Notes: a model not told the origin generated them from the letters alone. Numbered from the whole stretch's first letter, positions 1 to 11,866 are shown. The stretch: 63,139 nt of DNA, filler included, from Phoronis australis (GCA_002633005.1; 11 parts of 11 records of this genome joined end to end with filler, not necessarily neighbours in it); one strand, 5' to 3'. A program made the numbers and translations.

Positions 1-1867
1 CAGTGATCCATGCACACTTCTGTCTATATGTGCCTGACTGGTTGATGCTTGCATTGTCTATAATATTTTAGGATGGCGATGCTACTGTTTCAGCCTGCTA
101 ACTAGGGTCAAATTCAAAATCTGAAGAGCCTGTAAAAATATTGTACTCATGGCTTAACAAAGAAAAACTTCCAAGTAAAGATTAAGGTTAACACTGGGCA
201 ATTTTTTGGAGCTTACTGTGCTACCAGAGGTCAGTGCATTAAAAGGGATTGATATTATAGGGCTGGACCTCAATGACCGATCACATGGGCGACCTGAAAT
301 TTCGAAATGTGAGCCGAAAGAGGCAACTAGTGTGAATCTCACTATTTTAACAATACCCCAGTGATAGAATTGCCTAACCAAAAGCTGTATGGGAGCTTTT
401 CGTTGTTTTGAGACTCAGAATATTCATTCAAAGATAACTTATATGGTACCCAGCGGCACACACATGCTGCTTTGACCCCGGTAGGCAAGTACAAGACAGT
501 GGCAGTTCAGTATGCTTAAGGCCACCGTTTATAATCGGCAGTCTCATTTTTTCGGTCTCGAATGTGAACAATCGAATTCCATGTGCTAGAACTTCTAAGT
601 TCGACCTGAAGTCCACAAACGCGTCCTGAGATTTTGACCTGCCAATTTCCATAGCGTCTTAGGCTGTGTTGATAGACAGAATTTTTTAACAAAAGCCACT
701 GGCTTATACAATTTTATTATAATGCGCTATCAAGTAAACATTGATTTTTGTTCATGTTCATAACCAATGTTGGCAGTATTTGCTTGAAAAAGCTAATTAA
801 TTTGACCTTAGAGATGAACGCGTCATGAAACAGTTCATTAATTTGCTACACTAAGGATTAATATTTGTTCACTTGTTTTTCAATGATTCCGCTTTTGGCC
901 TTGGCATCAACAAATTAGCCTAAGACTGCCTTGAAGTGCTTGGAACATAGCAAATTAAGATGTAACCTTTAAACAACCCAATCCTGTGTACCCAGTTAAT
1001 GATTTGTAGGCCCATGACCCTTGACATTAAAACATCTATGGGAAAACACATGGAGAAAATGTTAGTTTTGAGTAACTGGTTGGTTACCCCAGCAGATGGT
1101 CCTTAAGTATGTATAAATTATCAATTAGTATTAACCACAATATTTAAACCACTGCATTGCTTGCGGCTAGATTGGATTTCAGAGCTAAGTGCAGAGAACT
1201 CTTTTTTATGCGTAAGCTTTGATTAAGAGGTTAGGGTGATACCTAACGTACATACCAGTGGTGGTTTCATGAAAGTTTTGATCATCACTACAAAATACTG
1301 ATTTTAAAACATGCCAATTTTAAGGTTATGGACAAGTCTCTGTTTTTAGCTACATATCTTCAAAACTAGATTTCAACTCGATACAAGTATATGAAAAGCC
1401 TGTAGAATTTGTTTTCTGACCTTGTACGAATCTGCTATTGATTAGGTCACGTGACCATGTTTTTTTATTAAAATTTAATGACACTGCTACAAATGCTCAA
1501 GTCACACGTAGCGCTAATTGCAAGCTTGAAAGTGGAATAAATCCACTTAGTGACGGTAGATCGTCAAACTGAAGCAAGCAAAGAACTGTTTGATTAGCAG
1601 CACTACCACTACCTCACTGTAGTAAACAACCGAAATATAGGGTTCCATCCCTAAACATCAACCACAACATTGGTTGTCACATGTGGCACTGGATTGGTGT
1701 TTAAATTTGACCAGATGTGGTTGATGACATTACCCCGTTTTTAACCATGTGGCGAATTATTATTAAAGTGAAAGTCCCTTGTTGTTTGTTTTTATTAGAA
1801 AAAGAAATGAATTTCAGTTCCACCAAATTTAGTTTCAGGCTTTTCTGTGGCACTTCTATACAAAAAA

Positions 1868-1977
1868 GGTAATGGTCTGATATAACGTGCTCGAATTTTG
1901 AGAACCAGTTTTCTCCACTGAATAACGGGCATCAAACTGGTTCTCAAAATACGGGCACGTTATATCGGACCATTGCC
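1868..1977. mobile_element. Short hairpin (foldback) MITE-like element
   Basis: GGTAATGGTCTGATATAACGTGCTCGAATTTTGAGAACCAGTTT is mirrored by AAACTGGTTCTCAAAATACGGGCACGTTATATCGGACCATTGCC; ~44-bp arms, ~22-nt loop. Confidence 0.65.
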
Positions 1978-2403
1978 CAAAACAGTAAGCTGTTTCTGTG
2001 ATTTGTTTGAAGACAGTTTCGATGGCAGTGAAGTAAAATTTGAAAAATTAACACTCTTCAAGTTATAGTCAGCATTTATGTAATTTTGGCCAGTATCAGT
2101 CTTGTATGAAATTTGTGTACACTTCTAGAATCTAATATCCAGCCTGTGTGTGTGCTAATATTTGTCATGTTATTACCTGTATAAGGGCATGATTTGCTTT
2201 TGGGTTGTGCTGAATGGAAAGGTCAGGAATTTAAATAATATCATAAATACCATGCCTTGTAGAAACAGTTAGGGTTTTGTTTTGTCTGCATGTTTTGGTC
2301 ATGACTTTTCCCGGTTGAAAAACAAAGTTTCCCAATTTGTTTTTCCTGTTGTGTATTGCTTGTGTCATACTTGGCTATGAATTCTCTGATATTTCTCTCT
2401 CAG

Positions 2404-2463
2404 GTCAATTATATGCGTTTCCATATCCCCAAGCGACGCTGTATATTTTCTGACTTGCTGTAG
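2404..2463 (+). CDS. Possible terminal coding exon of an unidentified gene (VNYMRFHIPKRRCIFSDLL*)
   Basis: Strong pyrimidine tract and acceptor (atttctctctcag|), 19 codons then TAG, followed by AT-rich UTR-like sequence. Protein not recognised. Confidence 0.25.
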   Translation, partial: VNYMRFHIPKRRCIFSDLL

Positions 2464-2882
2464 CATTTGCATAGTCTGTTTAGTCATACAACGTCTGCAA
2501 TCTGGGTTTCAGATGAATTTTTGCTTTAAGCAGAATGGAACAAATTACTTGTCTCCGTTAGTTTCCCATTCTTTTCCTTGAAGGATGTTTACGACGTTTG
2601 CCTTATCTGGAATGCAAAGTATGAAAAAGTCTTGATAAAAATCTCTAATTTTTATTTTCTACTGAACTGGTGTTTTCACGTTAGCTTATAAATTTAATTT
2701 ACTAGCATTGAAAAGCAGTGTCAATTCGAAGCCGAATTGTTTCGTTTCATGTTATATGGTCCCCTCGCTGTAGTTTAAAGTGCCATTGGTAGTGGCTCCC
2801 TGAGTGACACTGATAGTTGAGATCAATCTGTGACTCATCTGTCTCCTTGGAATAATAGGCTCTCTGTTCTGGGTGTCTCTGT

Positions 2883-2982
2883 NNNNNNNNNNNNNNNNNN
2901 NNNNNNNNNNNNNNNNNNNNNNNNNNTTAATTAATTAANNNNNNNNNNNNNNNNNNNNNNNNNNNNNNNNNNNNNNNNNNNN
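2883..2982. other. Artificial 100-nt assembly spacer (44N-TTAATTAATTAA-44N); also at 7729, 12588, 15871, 19758, 32425, 35440, 39275, 43463, 51108
   Basis: Ten identical spacers; the palindromic 12-mer places a TAA stop in all six frames. Confidence 0.95.
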
Positions 2983-3397
2983 CAAGTCACAAGGGGTTTA
3001 CTTTCACGGAGTTCCATTTAGTTCAAAAACTTTGATGAGCCACCTGTTCGAAGCTATGTGGGGCACTCTGGTTGACCTAATTGTGTTAATCGTCTCCTGT
3101 CCGCCCATGTTGCAGGCTTTGCTCTCAGAATTAATTGTCAATTGTAGAAAAGCTGGCTACCTAGTTGTGATTGTGACCAGGGACACCTGTCCAGGCCTTG
3201 AGTTCCCATTAGAAACGATAAAAGTGTCTAAGCTATGTACTACCTCATACACTTGGGGTTGGAAACAGGATGTCAGGTTTCTTTTGGACTGTGAATTTTC
3301 ATAGGCATTGCGAAACTCGTGGCAGCAAATTGTTACAGGAATCATTGTCGCTTGCACCTTACACTTTATTTAATTTATTGTATACCTTTGACTTTAG

Positions 3398-3538
3398 ACC
3401 ACCAAGAGACATTTTCCTTGTTTGACAACAGAGGAGATGGCAAGGTCTACACGTACCAGGTAGGAGATGCTCTGCGCGCCCTCCATCTGAACCCAACAGA
3501 GGCTGAGGTGAAGAAATGTGTGCCACAAGATGACCAAG
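3398..3538 (+). CDS. MYL6: Myosin essential (alkali) light chain, non-muscle type, internal exon (EF-hand 1)
   Basis: tttag|AC...CAAG|gtaagt, phase 1-1; encodes DHQETFSLFDNRGDGKVYTYQVGDALRALHLNPTEAEVKKC, matching the MYL6/Mlc-c motif F.LFD..GDGKI...Q.GD.LRAL..NPT.AEV.K. Confidence 0.9.
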
Positions 3539-4783
3539 GTAAGTTTTGAGACAATTGATTAGTGATTCCAGGTCAGGTATTTAACAAGACTCACCGATTT
3601 GTGATTCCAGCTCGTGTATTTTCATGGACTCGTTGATTAGTGATTCCAGTTTAGGTATTTTCATCGATTCAAAATTATTCCTTAGGTGTTTCATGTCTGC
3701 ATAAGTGTGAACTTCGTGTCCAGGAGTAAATGAAAATGGAGAAAGCTGTTGATTATGTCAGCATATGCTGTTGATAACAGCCTTAAAACGAGTCAACAGT
3801 AGGAGACTGACTAAGGATTGAAAATGAGGGAACATTTGAGACCTACTAATCTGAAGCCATGATTTTTAACCATCTCTAATTGGTCAGGTGCATGGCACTG
3901 TTATGATTATAGTGCTGACATGGGCATCTGTGAGAGATAAATTGAAGTGCCTATGGAAGTGTCCAAAAAGCTGTGTATGGAGACTAGTAGCAGTAGTGTT
4001 TGAATAACAATGACAGTGTTTCAATCGGGCATGACTCATCAGAGTAGACTGATCTAAAAGTTGTAGATGAGTCACATTGGAAAACTTGATGTAGGTAAGG
4101 CATATAACTAGAACCTTTTTTAAGTAAATAGTTTATTTCTCAAAAGAAAGAAAATAATCAGCAAATGATAACTAATAATAGGAAAGGTACGACATTCACA
4201 CAGTGTTCATACACCTACGCACTCTCAATGAACAAGTTGTTTCCGAAATTATGCATGTGTAGGTAATATATATCTATTATCAGTAAGTATTTACAGAGGG
4301 CCTCCCAAAAAGTGAAATTCTGGGTTCTTTTAAAACTGATGATCAGCTTTCATCTAACTTTGATATAATGATGCAAGGAATATAAAAAAATTTTCAAATG
4401 TAGGCTTGCTGTGGTCCAAAGATGATTGAAGTATAAAGTACTGGCATAAAGTTAGTAAAGTATTAACCTCTTCAAAATTTGGTACAAAATACACATTTAT
4501 AATGTAAGTCTTTGAACCTCTTTCTTGTGACTTGGATAATGTTTAAAATGGCTCAGGTTTGTCATCTCTCAGCTGAACTTGTGTGCTCAAACCTGTGCAG
4601 AAATTCGTGTTACTTTCAATGTAGTGTGCTGTAAACTGCTATCTCACTCAACTGGTGAAAGTGAAATGACCAACGGGGCATGGCTCTGGGGCCATGATAA
4701 AGTATCAGAGACAAGCCTGTACTACTTTATAATCAGGCCTTGACACTTAAATCTGAAAATAGAAATTCATGACATTATTTCAG

Positions 4784-4948
4784 AGAAGAGGATCTCATAT
4801 GAGGAGTTCCTGCCTGTCTATCACAGTCTGCGCAAGAATCGTGACAACACATCATTTGAGGACTTTGTAGAAGGCTTCAAGGTGTTTGACAAAGAACAAA
4901 ATGGTCTGATCTCTGCTGCAGAGCTAAGGCATCTGATGACATCTCTAG
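4784..4948 (+). CDS. MYL6: Myosin essential light chain, next exon (EF-hands 2-3)
   Basis: tttcag|AG...CTAG|gtaagt, phase 1-1 and in frame with the previous exon; [56 protein letters not shown]. Confidence 0.92.
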
Positions 4949-5156
4949 GTAAGTGATGGTCATGACACGTGCAGGTCAGGCTCTTCGCTGTAGAGCTAAG
5001 ACATCTAACGACATCTCTAGGTAAGTAATGGACATGACACTTCAGTAGGTCATGGTCTATGCTGCAGAACTAAGACATCTGATGACATCTCTTGGTAAGT
5101 GGCGTGTATGACACGTGTAGGTCATGTTCTCCGCCGCAAAGCTAAAACATCTGTAG
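4915..5156 (+). repeat. ~72-74-bp minisatellite made of the exon 3' end plus splice donor; 4th copy split by a transposon and completed at 7102-7148
   Basis: Unit GCTGCAGAGCTAAGGCATCTGATGACATCTCTAG|GTAAGT...CATGACAC...AGGTCA; GTAAGT donors at 4949, 5021, 5095 and 7110. Confidence 0.9.
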
Positions 5157-7101
5157 CAGGGACTCATTTAGCGGCCGTTCTTGGGACGGCCCTTTTAAAA
5201 AAATGAGGGCTTTGGACGGCACGGCCAAGACGGAAAAAAGACGGCCTGTTCCAGAACAACCTCGGCGAAAGTGAAGGCTAAACGAAGAATTTTAACATTT
5301 ATTATTAATAAATTTCATTGAAACCTACAATTCATTGATTAAGTTCGCTAAATATTAAGAAATAACTAGACATTAGAAACTTTTGTCGTCTATTTTTACT
5401 ATAAATGTCACAATGACGATCGGCAAATACTGGCAGCCATCTTTGGGGAATACCTTCCTATTCTGTGACGTCAAGGTGACTTCATACGGAATCCCCCCAC
5501 GACTAGTGTCGAGAAATATTGCATCCAGCGCAAACTACCCGTACATGGACACTTAATCTTTGAAATTGAAGAACCCACACCCGAAGTTCAAAGGATTTGC
5601 CATACCTCTTATGCTAGTTGCCGACGTGGAAGTTGAAGCAGCACTCGATATATTCGACGGAGCAGCCGATTTGAAGTTGCCGACGGAGAACGTACACTTC
5701 GAAAAAAAATGATACCCGACAAAATTCTAGCACTGACCTGCCGTACAAATGCCGTCAAATGTAGTTAAACATACAAACCAGATAGAACTTAGCGCAAACT
5801 TCCTTAATTTGTTCGCATAGCTCCGTAGCAACTCGAACGAATGAATTAAAAAATATCAAAAAAAATCCGCACGGCCGAATGACTTATATTGATGCGCGAG
5901 AATGCAGTGCAAACTTTACGATAAAAAAATGTGCCGGTGTGTACTGTTGGTTACGTATTAAATGAATAACTTAGCATGAAAATAAATGCCTCGAAATACT
6001 TCAACTTATTGTGGAATTCCATGATTATTGGGCGATTCGAGTTTATCCTCTGTGTGTGGCACTGCGTGCCGTACATGGAAAAAAGTAGGTCAGCCAATCA
6101 CGTGCACAGCACCTGTTACTTCGGCTGTGAATCAGGTCGGGGATTTGACTCTTAAACTGCGAGAAAAGAATGGTTCTTTTTAAGATTAAATTTCTTGTAG
6201 CGTATTATGAAAGACAGTGATTGACTTTCAACCGTGTAAGTTTCAATTCAACAAAGCGTTCACTTAAAATGCACTGCAGAAGACATAACAACTACGATGT
6301 CCCAGCGACCACTGGCTACGCTCGTAACCAAACGACATGAAATTTACGAGTAAAGTGCTCGGAGAAACGTTTAAGAAACGTGAAAATATGAATGCCAAAT
6401 TCAAACACGGAGTTTCGACGTTTTATTTTTTTGGTCACGATCCTTTACGAACCCAAGTCCAGGTATACACGCGCGAGTGCACATACGCCGTCACTCCTAT
6501 TTTCCAGCGGAGATTTTCGACCGTGTTGAGCACTGGTGATACTGATTTGTGAATTTGTTGAGGATATGGTCTTGTTTTTGTAGATTCGTGAATTGCATTA
6601 CTGTGCCATGTAACAACACGTACTCTAGAATGTATTTCTTCATGTCCTTTCGAATGCAACTTCATTGTCTTCTCACAATTTCAAGTGGTTTCTCAACTGC
6701 ATTTTACTCCTCTCTTTTGAGAGCTTCAAGATACATTGAGTCCTGTACTCATGCTGTCTATCATGCAACTCTACATAGATTATCTTACTAAAAAGATTTA
6801 CAGATCTTGATTTTTGCAGCCTAGTGACAATACACACATCCTGAATGGAACAAACCTACTAATTTTTGTTTAGTTTCCATATGTGTCGTCCTTTGAACAA
6901 GAAAAAGACATCCAAACAGTGTGCTAAGTAAAATGCAAGGAATTGACCTTTTTATGTAACAATTTTTTCCTCACAGGGTTGGGGAATTCCCCCAACTTCC
7001 AACTCTCACCTCCCNGCCGCGTGCCTCAGATTTGCGCTTTGCACGACTCGTCAGACTCACGAATTTGGACCCCCAATTTTTTAATCCTAGATCAGTCCCT
7101 G
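5157..7101 (+). mobile_element. Non-autonomous hAT-type DNA transposon (~1.95 kb)
   Basis: TIRs CAGGGACTCATTTAG / CTAGATCAGTCCCTG; 8-bp TSD ATCTGTAG (5149-5156) / TTCTGTAG (7102-7109); no transposase ORF. Confidence 0.85.
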
Positions 7102-7149
7102 TTCTGTAGGTAAGTGATTGTCATGACACTTAAGTAGGTCATGCTCTGG

Positions 7150-7728
7150 ATTTTTATTGAATTTAGCGAGTGTATTTATATGATGTTGGCAATGGATGAC
7201 GACGACTTTCGGACAGATTTGACTACGGGTGTGTCCCCTAGTGGTAATTTTTGTTTTTTTGCATTTACCTCTGTATCTTCAAAGGTCCTCATCAGATTTT
7301 CATAAAGTTTGGAATATGGGCATCTATTGGTGAGATGATGCTATCCTCCCGTTTTTGGATTGAATCCAGGTATTTTTCGCCACCTAGTGGGCATTTTTTG
7401 TTGTTTTCGTGTCTGTTCTTTGGCGTCCACCCCTCTATCAACCAAACCATTTTAAGGATGTTTTTGAAAATTGGCATTCATGTTCTCAAAGTGAAGAGGA
7501 CAGATGATGATGATGACTTCGACTACTGTGGCGCCTCCTAGTGGTAGTTTTGTTTTGTTTTGTTTTGCGCCCATAGCTCTTAAACCCACTGCAGGATCTT
7601 TATTAAATTTAGTAAGTGTGTTTATATGAAGCTAACAACAGAGGATGACTTTCAGGCGGATTCAACGAACGCTGTTCTCCCTAGTGGCGATTTCATTTTT
7701 TCTATATTCCTTTGTTTCTCTGATGTTG
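7150..7728 (+). repeat. Partial array of the CCTAGTGG-containing repeat (Helentron/HINE-like internal repeats)
   Basis: Same subunits (CCTAGTGG, GATTTTCATAAA.TTTGG, TCTATCAACCAAACC) as 7892-9454. Confidence 0.65.
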
Positions 7729-7891
7729 NNNNNNNNNNNNNNNNNNNNNNNNNNNNNNNNNNNNNNNNNNNNTTAATTAATTAANNNNNNNNNNNNNNNN
7801 NNNNNNNNNNNNNNNNNNNNNNNNNNNNCGCATATTGTTATTTGAGTAGCTCGCAAGAATTCCCTATCTTGTGATGTGTTGTCATGCTGAG

Positions 7892-9900
7892 TTTTTATGC
7901 GCCCACATATTGATATGTGGTCTCATATTGCCGTGATCTCTGTCTGTCCGGCGTCCGCAGCTGTATCTCCTAAACCCCTCATATGATCTTGATGAGATTT
8001 GGCAGATGTGTTCCTATGAAGCTGACAACATATGACAACGAATTTCAGGCCTCTCTGACTACCGGTGTGTCCCCTAGTGGCAATTTTATTTTTTTACGCT
8101 TACCTCTGTATCTTCGGATATCCTCAACGGATTTTCATAAAATTTGGAAGTTAGACACCTATTAGTGAGATGATGCCATCCTACCGTTTTCAGACTGATT
8201 CAAGGTACTTTGCGCCACCTAGTGGCCATTTATACTGTTTTCGGGTCTGTTTTTGCGTCTGCCGTTCTATCAACCGAACCGCTCTTTTTGGCGTCTGCCG
8301 TTCTATCAACCAAACCGTTCTAGGAGTGATTTTGAAAATTAGCATATATATTGATACTTTGAAGAGGGCGACTGAGGGTGGTTTTCCGACGACTTCGACA
8401 ACTGTGGCGCCTCCTAGTGGCATTTTTGTTTGTTTTTGCACCCATGGCTGTATCTCCTAAACCTTTCACAGGATCTTAATGAGATTTGGCAGATGTGTTC
8501 CCATGAAGGTGACAACAGATGACGACGAATTTCGAACCTCTCCGACAACTGGTGTGCCCTTTAGTGGCAATTTTAATTTTTTACGCTTACCTCTGTAGAT
8601 TTGGAGGCTCTCAACGGTCAATGGATTTTCATAAAATTTCGCAGTTAGACATCTATTAGTGAGATGATGCCATCTTCCCATTTTCGGACGGATTCGGGTA
8701 CTTCACGCCACCTAGTGGGCATTTTTACTGTTTTCGAGTCTGTTTTTTGGCGTCCGCCGTTCTATCAACCATACCACGGTGTGATTTTGAAAGTTGGCAT
8801 ATATGTTCTTACTGTGAAGAGGGCGGCCGACAATGATTTTTCGATGACTTGGAATACTATGGCGCCTCCGAGTGACAGTTTTGTTTGTTTTTGCGCCTAT
8901 GACTTTATCTCCGAAATGCTCAACAGGATCTTTATTGAATTTTGCTGGTGTATTTATATGAAGTTGACTACAGAGGATGACGACTTTCGGATGGATCGGG
9001 CTACCAGTGTGCTACCTACTGGCAATTTTAGTTTTTTACGTTTACCTCTGTAAAAATAAAGGATCGTCAATGGATTTTCATAAAATTTGGCAGTTAGGCA
9101 TCTATTAGTGAGGTGACGCTATCATCCGTTTTTTGGTAAAATTCGAGGCATTTTGTACCACCTCGTGGCCATTTTTACTGTTTTCGAGTCTTTGTTATTT
9201 GACGTCTGCCTTTCTGTCAACCAAACCACTCTAAGGATGGTTGTGGAAATTGGCATTTATGTTCCTAATGGGAAGAAGAAGTCTGACGATGATTTTCCAA
9301 CGACTTCATCCCTAGTACTTTGGTGCCTCTCTGTGGCAGTTATGTTTTTTTTGTGCTTATAGCCTCTTAGTGGCAATTTCATTTTTTCATTTTCCTCTGT
9401 TTTCTCAGAAGTTCCTTGACAGGTTTTTATGAAATATTGGTAAATAGCTTTGATTGTGGGATCCAAAATGTGGGGTAGTGGCGGTTTAACTAAAGAGATG
9501 GCTCGATGTGCTGAGCAGAGAGCTGATAGAGAGCGTCTTAATGCTTCGATATATTTAATCAAAACTGAGTTCTACACGATACATACATCTGTTAAGTTCC
9601 AAGAAATGATTCATGCCCAAATACATATACATTGTGGTTAAGAGAGGATGGGTTACAAAGACTGAACACACACAGAGTGAAAGTTGCATAATAATTAATT
9701 GTTCCTAGTATACATTCTTGAGGTATAGAAAATCACACAAAACAGGAAACCTGAATTAAGCATTGGAGGTCAAGTCTGTCATTAAAAACAATAAAATGTA
9801 ATTGATTTTATAATTGATTATAAACATCCCTAAACCATGTTTGACATTGATGACACATACAAGTTTTCGGATGGATTCAACATATTTTGTGCCATATGAG
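7892..9900 (+). mobile_element. Helentron-associated (HINE/DINE-1-like) element with ~450-490-bp tandem repeats, interrupted by a solo LTR
   Basis: T-rich start TTTTTATGCGCCCAC, hairpin CCACATAT-TG-ATATGTGG, GTCY-type short repeat (GTCTGTCCGGCGTCC), then tandem units starting near 7961, 8449 and 8903. 3' end uncertain. Confidence 0.6.
9455..9846 (-). mobile_element. Solo LTR of the neighbouring BEL/Pao family
   Basis: TG...CA termini, 5-bp TSD TTGAT (9450-9454 and 9847-9851), near-identical to 11465-11866. Confidence 0.9.
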
Positions 9901-10262
9901 TAGTATAGTAAGAGGTTTTGGGCGCCCGTTTTGCGGCTCCTCGGTCAAAGGTCATCTATGTGAAAGGACCCCGCCCCAGAAAAAGATGAAAACCAAAAAC
10001 GACAGAAACAAGCTGAAAAACTGAAAAAATTAAACAAACAACTCTCCCCGCCCCAGATGTGAAACTACGATGTAAACAGGAATAGACAACAATAATATGA
10101 ATAACTCGATAAAATCATGCATTATACTAAATATCAACAAGAAACTGTAAACATAGAATATACATATGATACTATGACACTAAAATATATAAAACTTAGC
10201 ATGCATAATGTGTATATGTCACGATAGCATGCAGAAACAATTCTTAGTGTGAGTTGAAGAGT

Positions 10263-11454
10263 TCATAGTGAGGATTCTAATGGATACAGTTTTGTCACCG
10301 GTCGAGTGGTCTTTCCGAATTTAGTTTTCAATGTAACAGACCGGATGTGTCCGTCGCGGCCCACATGCAACTGGTCAATCTTGCCCAGTGGCCACAGTGC
10401 CCTGGGATTGTTGTCATCCGAAATGAGCACAATGTCCCCAATCTCCACGGGGGAGGCGTGTCCAGAATGTCTGAGATTTGATACTTCGCGGAGAGAAGTT
10501 AAGTACTCATGTTTCCATCTTTGAGTGAAACTATTGATCAAATGTGACCGTCGTTTGTACAGAGTCTCCAATGCAGTTTGTTGGAAATCGGGATCGGCTA
10601 GCTCGTCATCATCAACGTCACGGAATGGCAAATTGCCGATATTGTGTCCATAAATTATCTGGTTGGGTGTGAGCGGGTCGGCATCGTGAATGTCACTGGA
10701 GAGATAAGTGATCGGTCGATTGTTCAACATACATTCAATTTCAGTTATAATCGTATGCAGTTCATGAAATGTCGTTTTTGAGCGTCCAAGAACTTTTTTG
10801 ATCGAGTTTTTTGTGAGACCAATTAATCGTTCCCAAAAACCACCATACCAGGGGGCTCTCTTGGGGATGAACTTCCATTCGATGCGTTGCTGGGTGAGGA
10901 AGTGTTGGACGGCATCAGTATTCATAATATGTTCAAGTTCACGGGGTGCGCCAACAAAATTNAATTTCAGTTATAATCGTATGCAGTTCATGAAATGTCG
11001 TTTTTGAGCGTCCAAGAACTTTTTTGATCGAGTTTTTTGTGAGACCAATTAATCGTTCCCAAAAACCACCATACCAGGGGGCTCTCTTGGGGATGAACTT
11101 CCATTCGATGCGTTGCTGGGTGAGGAAGTGTTGGACGGCATCAGTATTCATAATATGTTCAAGTTCACGGGGTGCGCCAACAAAATTAGTGCCATTGTCC
11201 GACAGCATGATTTTTGGTGTAGAACGGCGGCTACAGAATCGACGAAAAGCTTGCAAGAATGTTGTACTGGAGAGATCATGCACCAGTTCAAGATGGATAG
11301 CACGTGTTGTTGCACAAGTAAACAAACAAACGTAAACTTTGGTATCACGTCCTTGGGTTTGTTTCACAAGCAGATGGCCCGTGTAATCGACACCTGTGAC
11401 TTCGAAAGGTGTTGCGTCCTCAACACGACAGGCTGGTAACGTTATCCGGGCCAC
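10263..11454 (-). pseudogene. BEL/Pao integrase (DDE core plus DUF5641-type C-terminal domain) of an internally deleted element
   Basis: LPACRV..PFEVTGVDYTG, VYVCLFTCATTRAIHLELV, SDNGTNF, APWYGGFWERLIG, LNNRP, DPLTPN, W..EYL..L, WPLGKI, RPVTKLYPLE. One ORF if the n-separated duplication at 10737-11187 is collapsed. Confidence 0.9.
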
Positions 11455-11461
11455 GGCACCA
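11444..11461 (-). promoter_or_regulatory. Primer-binding site complementary to the tRNA-His 3' end
   Basis: Minus strand TGGTGCCGTGGCCCGGAT, 3 nt inside the LTR; expected His PBS is TGGTGCCGTGACTCGGAT (2 mismatches). Confidence 0.75.
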
Positions 11462-11464
11462 AAA

Positions 11465-11866
11465 TGTGTGATCCAAATGTGGGTATTAGCGGGTTAACTA
11501 GATGAGGTGGCTCGATGTGCTGAGCAGAGAGCTAAATAGAGAGCGTCTTAATGCTTCGAAATATTTAATCAAACTGAGTTCTACACGATACATACATCTG
11601 TTAAGTTCCAAGAAATGATTCATGCCCAAATACATATACATTGTGGTTAAGAGAGGAAGAGAGGATGGGTTACAAAGAAAGACTGAACACACACAGAGTG
11701 AAAGTTGCATAATAAATAATAGTTCCTAGTATACATTCTTGAGGTATAGAAAATCACACAAAACAGGAAACCTGAATTAAGCATTGGACGTCAAGTCTGT
11801 CATTAAAAACAATAAATGTAATTGATTGTATAATTGATTATAAACATCCCTAAACCATGTTTGACA
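11465..11866 (-). mobile_element. 5' LTR of the BEL/Pao element
   Basis: TG...CA termini, followed on the minus strand by the PBS and integrase; matches the solo LTR 9455-9846. Confidence 0.88.

Noticed and set aside
4915-5156. CRISPR-like repeat/spacer array
   Set aside because: The 'spacers' are themselves homologous, the context is a eukaryotic exon/intron junction, and there are no cas genes.
7251-9562. Cluster of similar short ORFs (PPSGH motifs)
   Set aside because: By-products of the tandem repeat; frames are not conserved between monomers.
10041-10056. Polypurine tract of the BEL element (GGGGCGGGGAGAG on the minus strand)
   Set aside because: The sequence following it does not match the LTR, and the same CTGGGGCGGGG motif recurs ~75 bp away, suggesting a different repeat.
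10737-11187. Exact ~225-bp tandem duplication inside the BEL integrase, giving two overlapping ORFs
   Set aside because: The copies are identical and separated by a single n, the signature of an unmerged contig overlap rather than a biological duplication.
9455-11866. Intact two-LTR provirus
   Set aside because: Outer flanks differ (TTGAT versus CATAG), and the left LTR has its own TSD.
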